A stretch of DNA of 64,000 nucleotides. Source: Lytechinus pictus. Lineage: Eukaryota. Positions 52,181-64,000 of the stretch are shown here, piece by piece; position 1 is the first letter of the stretch, and every line of letters starts with the position of its first letter. The stretch is from NCBI RefSeq assembly GCF_037042905.1, contig NC_087256.1, forward strand, positions 10,354,001-10,418,000, read 5' to 3'. Position numbers and translations under genes: made by a program. Under the pieces are notes generated by a model. It was given only the letters and a program-made list of their open reading frames with translations, searched no databases and had not been told where the DNA came from.

Positions 52181-54211
52181 TTAATAAAAGGGATACGATG
52201 ATCCCGAAATATTGCACAGCAAAAAAATTTGGTGTTAAACCAGTCGGTTTACTTTAAAAAAAAATATATATATATACATAAAAATAAATATTAGTGTTCA
52301 ACACCGATGTGTGTTATTACGATACCTTCGGTTGTTACTTTTATACTTTTTTATGTTACATCTGGGAGTGGGCATCTACGGACGCCAACTGGTTTTACAT
52401 ATCACCCCAGTGTTAAGAGTGTGGGTGGGGAAAGAACACTGCAAAAACACCGGTGTTGATTTAACACCAGCCCGGTATCTATATCGGTCCACACCAGAGT
52501 GGAGTTGAAACAACACCAGTTAAAATCAAAACGATATTGGTTTAACACTAATTGGTGTTGCTTAAATGTCAAATTGGTGTCAGCCTTACGCCAAATATCG
52601 GTGTTGTTTCAACTCCTCTCTGGTGTGGACCGATATATACACAACAAAAAAAGTAAGTCCCCCCTTGAACAAACATCAATAATTTCTGAACCAATACGAG
52701 TTTTTGATATAATTTTACATGAGCGTGTAGGTAATTTTATAAGCTACCCTCTGAGTAAATGTTATGGACGTATTTTACGTCATGCTATAGTGAGCACCGT
52801 CAGAAGGCAAAAATGTCACTTTTCAAAAGTCACAAGCCAAAAATCATGACTTTGATTCCATTTTATTGGAACTGATTCCACATTCTCACCATGAAAATTA
52901 GTCAGAGGGCTTGTAAAAGGTACTTTCTAAAAGCCGATACAATTTTTTGGCTAAATTTCACGGTTGAATAATCACAAGTCCAAATTTGCTATAATTGGAT
53001 TTTTTACACATTTTCATCAATAAAAATGATAGAATATGATGACAGTTATTTTTGGGAAGAGTATCTTGAACAATATTCATCGTTTCACGGTTCAATGAAC
53101 ATTTATTGAAAACAAAAAATACGATTTTCAAATATCATAGGCAAGTATTGTTTCATTTTGGTAACTGAAACTGATCTTTTATCAACTTTTTCGTTATGTT
53201 CATGACCAATTAATATGCTTCGATGATTCAAAGGCGTTTAATTAAACATTCACGCTTGAATGAACATGTGGAATGTGTTTAGCTCTTTTTTACGTTATTG
53301 GAAAAAATACACTTTGTAACTATGGATATCTGTCACAAACCTCCTTGCATGGTTGATTTGATTTGATTTTTAGGAAAATCCCAATTTTAAATGCATCAGT
53401 GAGCACACAATATTCGAAAATTATGCAAATGAGAAGAAAGTTCAAGGCCTTGGCCCCACTTTGTGCCGTATCGAATTGTTATTTTGGTGTGCGCGCCTTT
53501 TGGATAGTGTTACTTTGAAACCATGTGCGAAGTTTCATGAAATAACTGTTGGCAGAAGTAACAAAAACCGTCCATGAAACAAACCCCTTATATCATCTTT
53601 GTTAAAATTTTGACTTCCTCTCTCATAGACTTGTGTACATTATGGGTGCATATGTTTAAGAATAAGTAACCCCTTATTCAATATGGTGGAACTTTTTTTC
53701 ACGGCTGTCTTTAGCAATGTCATTTTGCAGTAATGTTTATCAACCTATGGGCAGAATTCTGTGCAAAAATGAAATCGATTTGTTTATTTACGGATGAGTG
53801 AGCACGCATCAAAGTGGGAAAATGTGTATTTTCAATGTCACAGACTCATTTTAAATGGTAATAAGGTGAATATTGGGGGCAAGTTCGGTTTCAAATGTCA
53901 CTCTAATTGCTGTTGTTTTTATCATCCATCATTTCTATCACCACACACTTTCCGAACTTTAACATTTTCATGGTTGAGCGAGCACATTCGAAACTTAAGA
54001 ATGAATACTCTTTATACTGCATAAATGTATTCTTTTCCTAACAATTTCTCATGATCAGTTTAATTTATGGACGAATCAGTGGTGGATCCAGAATTTAAAA
54101 ATGGGGGAGGGGCCTATAATCGGGGGAGCCACCAACATTCTCAAATTTTAATATGACCTAACAAGTTATAGAGGATACTACCAAAAACCCCTATGATGGT
54201 ACGTCACAATA

Positions 54212-54376
54212 CAGGGGCCGCGGAACGGTTTTCAAAGTATGGGGGAGGGGCTGAGCCAAAAGTGGGGGGGGGGGGGGCTGACCCATGCAAAAATCACAAT
54301 CGTATGGTTATTTTTACATTTTTGTACATGCTTTTGGAAAAAAAAGTGGGCCCCCACCCCGCTTCCGCGGCCCCTG
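54212..54376. mobile_element. Short hAT-like MITE
   Basis: TIR CAGGGGCCGCGGAA / TTCCGCGGCCCCTG; no clear TSD. Confidence 0.7.
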
Positions 54377-55658
54377 CGATATTGTGCTCACTCAACCATG
54401 AACATACGATATCAAAATTGTGTGTGGAGTGGCTAAATGATGGATAGTAAATCAGCATAACACCATAAAATTCACCTAAAAACAACTTTTGCCCAACTTT
54501 GTATTTGCACAATCTGAAAAACGACTCTTGTGACTTTCAAAAATGGTCATTTTTAATTCAATCTTTAATTACTCATGCATGACCCAGCCGATCAATCTTA
54601 TTTTTCACTAGTAGTCCGCTCTGTTAGCGTCAAAAACACCCTACTTGTGGACACAGTGGACAAAAGCATGATTTTTTCTCCAGACCTTTGTTTATGTATA
54701 AGAATTAAAAATGGGGTATGCTCCAAAAAATCTGGCTGCAGGAACAGTGAAAAAATGGGTGAAAATGTCAGAATTTATGAGTTTAGATTGGTCTGATATA
54801 TAGACTAGCGCTAGTGCAAAACTCAATAGCAGTGCATTATTTTGCATTGGTTTAGTTCTTGAATTCAGACCCTTTTTGAACAGATATTTTGTTTGTCCTC
54901 ACATCTCAATGCACTAAATATCTGAATGCAGATGCTAAACAAGCCGAAGGGTGGCGGTGGAGGGGGTTGAATGTTGGTGTGTATGTACATATTTTGGTCT
55001 TGGTGTAAAGATGTGCAAGACACATTTTTTGCATGTGTTGCCATGGTAACAGTGTATTATGGCAAAATAAGGTTACAAATCTTGCAGTTAGAACTACTTC
55101 CTCTGTTTTCATCCGATTCTCATGAAATTTGGCACACACATTGGTCTTGAGGTGAAGATGTCTAAGACACATTTTGTGTGTCTTTCGGAAATTTTGTTGC
55201 CATGGTAACAACATAACATTTGGTGAAAATTGGGGAAAAAACCTTACAATTCAAACTGCTTCATCAGTTTTAAATCAATTCTCATGAAATTTTGCACACA
55301 CATTGGTATTAAAGTAAAGATGTACAAGGCACTTTTTGTGATTGTTTCAGAAATTATGTTGCCATGGTAACAACATATTATATGGCAAAATTTAGGTAAA
55401 AACCTTGCAATTTGAACTACTCAAACCAATTCTCATGCATGATATGGCTCACACATTGGCCTTGAGATAAAGATGTGCAAGAACCTTTTTTTTTTCCATT
55501 TGTCAGAGAGTGCATTGCCTTAATTGATAACCACATATAGCCAGAAATGCAGGGAAAACTCATCAATTGTGGATCAATCTACTTCTCAGTTTTCAGCCTG
55601 TGCTCAGAAAAGTTTACACAAATATTCATTTTGGGTAAAGATTCACATTCAGTGTTAA

Positions 55659-56230
55659 AGGGGAATCCAGCCTTGGTCATAAAATGTTGTGTGGAAAAGG
55701 AGAAAAATAAGAATGGTGAAAGTTTGAAAGCAATCGGACAAGCAAAATAAAGTTATGGCTGCTTTAAAATTAAGATCCCTAAGGCTACTAGTATGTAGAT
55801 TTCAAATTGATAATGGGTAAGTAAATTATGACAAGGGGTGAGGCCGCAAGGACAACTTTCCCATTGGCCTTGTACTTTGATTTTTGGTTTTCTCCTAAAT
55901 TTCATTGGGGCCGTAATATAAACCTGTTAGTATAATGCTTTATGTCCTCATGAAAGAAAGATACAATTTGAAGTAAAACTTTTGAAAAAGACATTTTAGT
56001 CAATTAATTATTTCTGTACATGGAAGAGTGGTCCTTCCCTTACATCATTATGACATCACATGTGCGGCCAATTTGAAGTCTTCATGGGTATATAGTGATT
56101 ACCAATGTTTACAACTTTTATATATTCACAACTTTCTTATGGTTTGTCCGATATTGTTCAAACTTTGACCTATTGTCTGATTTTTTCTTTTCCTCATAAA
56201 AACAAGTGTTTATCTGGTTTGGATTCCCCT
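55659..56230. mobile_element. Kolobok-like MITE inserted in the left arm only, TTAA TSD
   Basis: TTAA|AGGGGAATCCA ... TGGATTCCCCT|TTAA; absent from the mirror arm. Confidence 0.88.
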
Positions 56231-56410
56231 TTAACATCATAAAATAGCGCAGGGTATTCATGGTATTAATCACCTTCAATAATATTTATAGGTTCTTTTT
56301 TTTTGGGGGGGGAGGCGGAGGAGGTCCTTAAAAACTGACAACATAAAAATATAGAAGGTTAAAGGACATGGCCATTAGCAACTTAAACACTCTTAAAGAA
56401 AGCACCCCTT

Positions 56411-56442
<32 letters not shown>

Positions 56443-57994
56443 GGGGGGGGGGGGCCTTTAGAAAATTGCCACATAAAGAGTAAAAGGAAATAATTACAAC
56501 TAGGAACTGACCCCCCCCCCCCCCCCAAAAAAAAAAAAAAAAAAAAAAGGGGGGAAGAAAAATCCTTTACACTTCAGCGTATTAATTTAAAGCCTAAAAC
56601 ATTCTGGTTTGATAAAAGATCATTTCCGGTGCCCAATTAATCAACGTTTTATTTATCTCCTTCTACTCAGTCTTTGTTCATTTCAGTGTTTACTCTGACT
56701 TTCTTACATCACTTTTTGCACTTTTTGCACTTTAGAGCTTTACCTTACCTTCTTGTTTTGTTTCCTCCCCCCCCCCCTCTTTTTCTCCCTCTCTAAGTAC
56801 ATTTTTTTTTGCTATTTTAATTCATTATTATCTAGCAACAATTATTCCATTTTGAATGCTTACACCTACACTGAAATATAATACCATGACATTTATTCTT
56901 TTCTTCATAATCTTCTAAACTCTATTTTGGCTACACTCTGTCCTAAATAATACTATTAGCTATATTTAATGTCTAGTTTAAAGAATTGAAGAAATGGCTG
57001 TCATGATATTATATTTCGGTAAAGGTGCATCAAATTCATAGTTGCAGCATTCAGAATGGAATAACTGTTGCTTGAAAAAAAAATGGATTTAGTTGTTTTC
57101 CGAAAATCCTCTGTGAAAATTTTAGTTATATCACTGAGTTTTCCCATTCCTGCAGTTACCACCATCTGAAAGGGATATGACTAGAATATATATGTAGAGA
57201 AATAAAAGTCATCATTTGCTCAATGAACAGTGAATACGTTCGTCCTTACTCCAATGCAAAATTATTTGCATTTTTTGTGACAGTCAGATCTTGCATCCAA
57301 CAATTTTGCTACTGAAACATAATATTCATTTTTTGACAATTATACTGAAAAAATTAAATGAAATAAAATTGAAGGCAAAAAATTATTGTGCACATATGCA
57401 TATTTTTGATATGGTATGCTATTGAGTCATGGATTTGCAAGTGAATTTTTAAAACAAGTGCAGAGATTTTTGTATATATTATATATATATATATTTCTAT
57501 AATTAGTTGCATGATTAAAGGTTCACTTTATAATATGTCAGAAAAAATATACTTGGAGAGAAGAGAGGGTAAAAAAAGGAGAGAGGAAACATAAGATGGT
57601 ATGGTGAAGCTCAAAATCAAGAGTGATGTGATATAGTTAAAAAGAAAGAGTAGGAATGGAATATGAATAAAAGACTGAGTATGAGAATATAAATAAACAA
57701 TGATTAATTGGCTACTGTAAACAATTTTTTACCAAAGCAGAATGCATTAAACATCAAATGAATGGTCTGAACTCTGAAGTGCAAATGAATCTTCTTACCT
57801 TTTAATGGGGGAGGGGGGGGGGCATTTTTCTGCTCAAAAAATATATCAGCCCCATTTGTTTGCGGGGGGGGGGTTAAGTTCTTAGTCATAATCCTTTAAC
57901 TTTTACTTTTATGAGGTCATTTTCTAAAGACCCCCCCCCCCCCAAAAAAAAGGGAGTAAATGTCTCGCTTTAAAATACAAAGACCCCTGAGGGG

Positions 57995-58198
57995 CAAAGG
58001 CGTAGACTGGTTGAGCATAGGGAGATAGAAGTGGTATGGGGAGGGATGCACATCTTGGGAAGGTGGAACTAAGGTTTGAAAAATCAGCCGTTGAAAGTAG
58101 AAGGGGTACACATTTTGTTTTGCTTGCCAGTGTTGGAACTCCTTTGCCAGAGCGGAAGGTTTCACATTCACCCAGTGTACCCCCAGCCTATGCCCTTG
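57995..58198. mobile_element. Short MITE with imperfect TIR
   Basis: CAAAGGCGTAGACTGG / CCAGCCTATGCCCTTG, flanked by AGGGG on both sides. Confidence 0.55.
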
Positions 58199-61100
58199 AG
58201 GGGATGCTTATTTCAAGAGTGTTAATGGACACCGCCTTTAACCTTTATTTTGAGGTCAGATTTTAAGGACCAATCCCGCTCCTCCCCCAAAACCTAGAAA
58301 TATTACTGAAGGTGATTAATACCCCCACACTCATATATTTTAATGCAGTTTAGAATTTAATATGAATCTTTACCCAAAGATGAATATTTCTTCCAACTTT
58401 TATGAGCACTGACTAAAAAAAGGGGAAGTTGTTTGATCCACAATGAGTTTTCCTGCATTTCTGGCTATCATATGTGGTTACCATGGCAATATACTCTGAC
58501 AAATGCACACAAAAAATGGTTCTTGCACATCTTTACCTCAAAGCAAATGTATGAGCCAAATTTCATGAGAAATGGTTCAAAACTGATGAAGTTGTTCAAA
58601 TTGCAAGGTTTTTACCTAAATTTTGCCATATAATATGTTGTTACCATGGCAACACAATTTATGAAACACATACAAAAAGTGCCTTGTACATCTTTACTCT
58701 AATACCAATGTGTGTGTCAAATTTCATGAGAATTGATTTAAAACTGATGAAGCAGTTTGAATTGTAATTTTTTCCCCAATTTTCACCAAATAATATGTTG
58801 TTACCATGGTAACAAGATTTTTGAAAGACACACAAAATGTGTCTTAGACATCTTCACCTCAAGACCAATGTGTGTGCCAAATTTCATGAGAATCGGGTGA
58901 CAACAGAGGAAGTAGTTCTAACTGCAAGATTTGTACCTTATTTTTGCCATAATACACTGTTACCATGGCAACACAATTTCCAACACATGCAAAAAAATGT
59001 GTCTTGCACATCTTTACACCAAGACCAAAATATGTACATACACACCAACATTCAACCCCCTCCATCACCACCCTTTGGCTTGTTTAGCATCTGCATTCAG
59101 ATCTTTGGTGCATTGAGATGTGAGGACAAACAGAATATCTGTTCAAAAAGGGTCTGAATTCAAGAACTAAACCAATGCAAAATAATGCACTGCTATTGAG
59201 TTTTGCACTAGCGCTAGTCTATATATCAGACCAATCTAAACTCATAAATTCTGAAATTTTCACCCATTTTTTCACTGTTCCTGCAGCCAGATTTTTTGGA
59301 GCATACCCCATTTTTAATTCTCATACATAAACAAAGGTCTGGAGAAAAAATCATGCTTTTGTCCACCGTGTCCACATAATTCCGCTAACAGACCAGACTA
59401 TAGGAGTTGCGTAATGAGTGTAGAAAACCACCTACGAAATATCATATCTCAAAATAATTCCGTTCAAAAGTTACAGCAATTTGATTTAGGGGGGACTTAC
59501 TTTTTTTGTTGTGTATAGATACCAGGCTGGTGTTAAATTAACACCAGTGTTTTTACAATGAAGGTTTAAACGGAGTAAGATGATATGTCATGTGGCAAAT
59601 ATGGGTAAATAAATGTTATTATTTTATATCGAGGCTATCGTTTTGGAGTTTTTATATACGGCCAAATTATCATCATTACCCCAATCTTTTGAAGAAGAAA
59701 TGGAGTTCTGCATGAAACTAGACGGTAAAAGCGGAGGCGGCAGGAGAACTATCCCGAAGAGAAAAAGGGCATCATTATCCAGAAATGGATATGGAACAAT
59801 AAGGATATATACTCTTATTCATGCCCTTTGGAAAGATATAGACAACTCAGGTAAAGCTACAAGACCAGTAAGCAACCGAAACTAAGCTTTTGTCCATAGT
59901 TCTTGAGGGGTGTTGAGTATAAGGTTATCTCTCCCCCAATGAAAGATAGCACGCAATGTCCAGTCTTAATAGCTTTATACCTCGTCAATAATTGGATCTC
60001 TTGCAGCATGGTATAATAAGCGTGAGATATCTGATCATAATGGGATAAATGGTTCTTGTCTATGGGGACTCTTTGTATCCCGGAGCATGTATCAGGTGTA
60101 TGCGATACAGGCATGTATCAAGATATAAGAGAGAGTGTAGGCCATCACAACCATCTTACTCTTAACGCTTTAAGTGGTATTATTTTGTACATAACAATGC
60201 ACGGAACCGTTAAAAAAAAAAGTTCATGTATTTCTCTATGTTGATGAGTAGTAAATATTCAAATCAATATCATATAAAATCTATCATACATGTTTTATTG
60301 TGTGTTTGATATTATAAAACATCATAAAAGAAAATGAACATACAAATACTAAATTGTGTGATGTTTCTTTGGGTAGGCAATCTCGGTTGTAGTACCTTTA
60401 GAATTTTGCATTACCCCCTCCCCCAAAAAATCATTTTTTTCTGCTTATGAATTTAAAGACATTAATTTCTTTCTCTTCTTTGTCTGTGTTTGACATCTTT
60501 GATGAAGTTAGAGATGTTCATTGGTACATACCCCCACAACATATATATTCAGTTCACTGATTATAGTCCAACGCGAGGGGCGCTAGATAGATAAGCAATG
60601 CATCTTTAGTGATTAGAAATGCCTCGAGGGCTTTTTGTAGCGATTTTGAACATGAAACTCTGTGCAAGGGCACTTATCATTTTCATTTATTCATTTCTTT
60701 GAAAACAGAACTTTTTTCGAAATGCATACAGTGGATACAATGATATATTCCTTTGCTTTGAACACTATCGAATATTTAAATTTATCATTACTTACCATTA
60801 TTTTTTTAATTTGTAGGAATCAATTTCGCGGTAATTAACAGTTAAAAAATATTCTTAATTTTAAACTTAGCAGCGTTCTCGTTGTATATTCAATTATTAT
60901 TATTGACATGATTATATATACACTATAATTATATTAACTAACAGCTTGAATGATTTTGTTCTTAGTTCTATATATTGGGTTTACATTTCATGTTCCTCGA
61001 TATCTTTCCACGCAATTGTTGAAAATGGAAATAAACGAAATGAAATGAAATGAAATCATCTTCTGATTCTTCTCAGTTCTCACCCCTCCTCTCTCAACAA

Positions 61101-61489
61101 CCTCAATCAGGACGAAAATGTTGGGGTTGAAGCATTACGAAAAATTCCCTTAAGCCCTGAATAAAGTTTGCCGATCATTTGGAATCTACATTGTATGAAT
61201 AAATTAGAATTGTCTAAAGTTGTAAAGTATTAAGAAATCGGTTAGAGGCCCGTCCCCTTTTCAACCGTGCATCTTCACTTTTTTTTTACCGCGCTTCAAT
61301 TCTATTGCCCCCTCTACATTTCTTTAATATTCACTTCCTCCCTTCTTACGCCAATTATGTTTTCTCTAAATTACCATTGGACGTTTCCCTTTCCCCTCTC
61401 TCTCCCCCCATTTTATTCTGCCCCTCTCTCGTATTTTTTCTCTCTTTTCAATTCTCTCCCTCTCTCTCTTTCTCTTTCCCTTTTATTCA

Positions 61490-61562
61490 CCCCCAAACAC
61501 ACACACCCCCACACACACACACACACACACACACACAGCCTTTCTCTCTCTCTCTCTCTCTC
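61490..61562. repeat. (CA)n-(CT)n compound microsatellite
   Basis: Seen directly. Confidence 0.9.
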
Positions 61563-63508
61563 CATCTCCCCATCCAGCCCTTTGTCCACCCTTTAACTCT
61601 CACCTCCCTTAAGTTAAATCCTTCCAATCCCTAACATGTTATCCTCCCACGATTTGGACAGAGCTAAACAACAAATCCGATCAATTTGCTTCAGTCCCCT
61701 GTCCATTAAGTTCGTGCAAAACGACACCGCGCCAGGCATATACCTGCCGACTCTAACAAATTTATTGCATTAAAAATACTACACGTAAAGTTGGAAGTGG
61801 GTACAATACTCCCATGTACGATTGTGAACCATGAAATAAATACATGTATGTGCAAATTTAAAGTATATTGTTGTCCATATGAACCAAATATTGAATTAAT
61901 TTGATAGGATTAAATTGTACCTGTGAAAGACCATGGTAGCCTGCGGTGAGNNNNNNNNNNNNNNNNNNNNNNNNNNNNNNNNNNNNNNNNNNNNNNNNNN
62001 NNNNNNNNNNNNNNNNNNNNNNNNNNNNNNNNNNNNNNNNNNNNNNNNNNNNNNNNNNNNNNNNNNNNNNNNNNNNNNNNNNNNNNNNNNNNNNNNNNNN
62101 NNNNNNNNNNNNNNNNNNNNNNNNNNNNNNNNNNNNNNNNNNNNNNNNNNNNNNNNNNNNNNNNNNNNNNNNTCTTGCTGTATTGATGAATTTGATTTAA
62201 ATGTCGACCTACAGTTTCAGTTATTGTTATATAAACAACATTCTATCTATCTCGATTGGTATGTCATGATCAAATCGGTTTCACGAGGGTATGTTGTTTA
62301 GCATGAAAAGATGATCATAATCAGAAATGATGAATGACTGTACCAGAAACGAATTCTACCCATGCAAAGTAATGAAAGGAAAAATCCATTTTGCTCTGGG
62401 ATTTCTGAAATTGATCACACTTCAATTTGATGAATGGATAGGTTTAGATAGGGAAAAGCTTGACTTGTACGTAATTTGGATGCAAGGCTGTGCTATTACT
62501 TTCACCAAATCAATATGTTCTTGAAATCACATCCTTCATCTCTGCGAGAGCGATAAGATGGGGGGGGGGTACTAGTAGGTGGCGACAGACGATTATGATT
62601 TTTCAGGTAGTGGAAAAGGAGAAGAAAGAACAAAAACGATTTGGGTCAACTAATTCTAAATTAAACCTGTTAATCAATTATTCAACAAAAATAGGTCATC
62701 TTTATTTCATCATTACACTCCACCCCCCTCTGAAAATATCCAGGCGTCACAATTCCTTCTTCACATCTCTCTCTCTCGTCTACATTTTCTTTATTGTTTT
62801 TGTTTGTTCTTCTTGCTCTTTAAACTCCATTCAAACCAATAATTTCATTACCTTATGATCTCTATCCGACCCATCATCGTTACTTCATACGCACGATAAT
62901 GCTCCTCAATATCTTAAATGGAATAGCGAGAACGATGGCGAGATAGATCCCCAAGCCCCGCCCCTACGACGAAAAAAATCTATTCAATATAAAAGTGCAT
63001 TGTCTAATACCATTACAACATTTTAAAATTTACCTTTTAAGCTTTGAAATTGAATTAAAAAGGGAGAAATGCGATTTCCCTCAGATATCTCTCGTAATAA
63101 ATTATTTCTCTGATAGCGGCGAGAGACTATATTATATTACATCATGTCTGTATCTGATCAGAGAAGGGTGTAGGATGGCGCTAGATAGAAAATGTCAACG
63201 TGATATGATCATATATCTCCTGATTACCTCAAACGGTTTTCTCTCTTCCAAAAGAAAAACTGCTGTTACAAACCGTATTTTATCCTCCCTCCAAATTTTG
63301 TTGTATAACTTCAACATTTATTGGTCAATTATTTCTTTTACTTCAATTCAAAGAATATTTCTAGATGCGTTTAATATTTGAAAGTGAAGATTTTGTTTTT
63401 CTTGTGCTTTGGCTGTCTATTTCTAAGCAAACTACATCGCCCCCCCCCCAAAAAAAAAAGTCACACGTTAAATTCGGACACAAAAAATAAAACAAAAACT
63501 GAGATTTT

Positions 63509-63800
63509 AATAATAATAATAATCAGTTCTTGCATAGCGCATAACACATTGTGAATAACGTCTCTCTGCGCTTCCAAAGGACTTGGATATTATTACCCTG
63601 GCTGTAGCTCAAGCAGCTTTTACGCGCTCGGCATTTCAAGGAATAAATTCTTGCCAGGTACCCATTCACCTCACCTGGGTTGAGTGCAGCACAATGTGGA
63701 ATAATTTCTTGCTGAAGGAAACTACGCCATGGCTGGGATTTGAACCCACGACCCTCTGTTTCAAAGTCCGGAGACTAATCCACTGGGCCACAACGCTCCA
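63509..63800 (-). mobile_element. tRNA-derived SINE with L2-like 3' tail
   Basis: A box TGGCCCAGTGG, B box GGTTCAAATCC, core GGTGAGGTGAATGGGTACCTGGC, tail TATGCGCTATGCAAGAACTG(ATT)n. Confidence 0.9.
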
Positions 63801-64000
63801 CATTTTAACATCTTGAGAATTAAATTGGGAAGTATTACTTTTTTTGTCAAATAAACATTATAACGATTATGAGTCAGCATTCGAGTATTGGGATTACGAC
63901 AGAAATCCCGTGTTTTTCATCCGAAAATTTATAAATTCTTTCAATTTTGTTGGTGGTATACCCTCTTAATAATGAAAATTATGTGAACACTTGTAATGCT

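Larger units (their letters stand above)
54612..59400. mobile_element. Academ-like foldback element with ~1.1-kb inverted arms and TAG TSD
   Basis: TAG|TAGTCCGCTCTGTTAGCG ... CGCTAACAGACCAGACTA|TAG; arms about 54647-56295 (interrupted) and 58290-59376; AT-rich non-coding spacer. Confidence 0.85.
52640..59513. mobile_element. Non-autonomous element with a perfect 26-bp TIR (CAC...GTG), inserted at TA
   Basis: CACAACAAAAAAAGTAAGTCCCCCCT at the left and its exact reverse complement at the right; TA on both flanks; no transposase ORF. Confidence 0.88.
52437..59560. mobile_element. EnSpm/CMC-like palindromic MITE (outermost host of the nest), AA TSD
   Basis: CACTGCAAAAACACCGGTGTT left end, AACACCAGTGTTTTTACAATG right end; its palindrome is interrupted at a TATA near 52634-52639 and resumes at 59514. 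Confidence 0.8.

Noticed and set aside
54906-59157. Paired similar ORFs (54906-55214 minus; 58837-59157 and 58931-59116 plus)
   Set aside because: Mirror translations of the inverted arms, with frames not preserved between arms and no protein motif.

Overview
Eukaryotic, AT-rich draft-assembly sequence with five N gaps. The repeat types suggest a sea urchin or related deuterostome invertebrate (inference). One large multi-exon gene on the minus strand dominates the window. I reconstructed nine coding exons by hand (47507/47474..4451), all with GT-AG boundaries and matching phases, giving 4845 nt (1615 aa) from the ATG at 47474. The 3' end is not securely found. Its architecture is unusual: ankyrin repeats, a helical ARM-like region, a RasGEF N-terminal (REM) motif with no adjacent CDC25 domain, and a FERM central lobe with no obvious F1 lobe. 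The rest is intron and upstream sequence rich in transposons: CR1/L2-group LINEs, tRNA-derived SINEs, and Kolobok-, Harbinger-, hAT-, EnSpm- and Academ-like non-autonomous elements, including a four-tier nest at 52.4-59.6 kb. The most notable observations are the gene architecture, a Penelope-like palindromic insertion with a minimal hammerhead-like motif beside a splice acceptor, a CpG step with a candidate internal promoter near 15.7 kb, and a transposon-borne array of RFX X-boxes. No prokaryotic system, CRISPR array, rRNA or true tRNA gene is supported.
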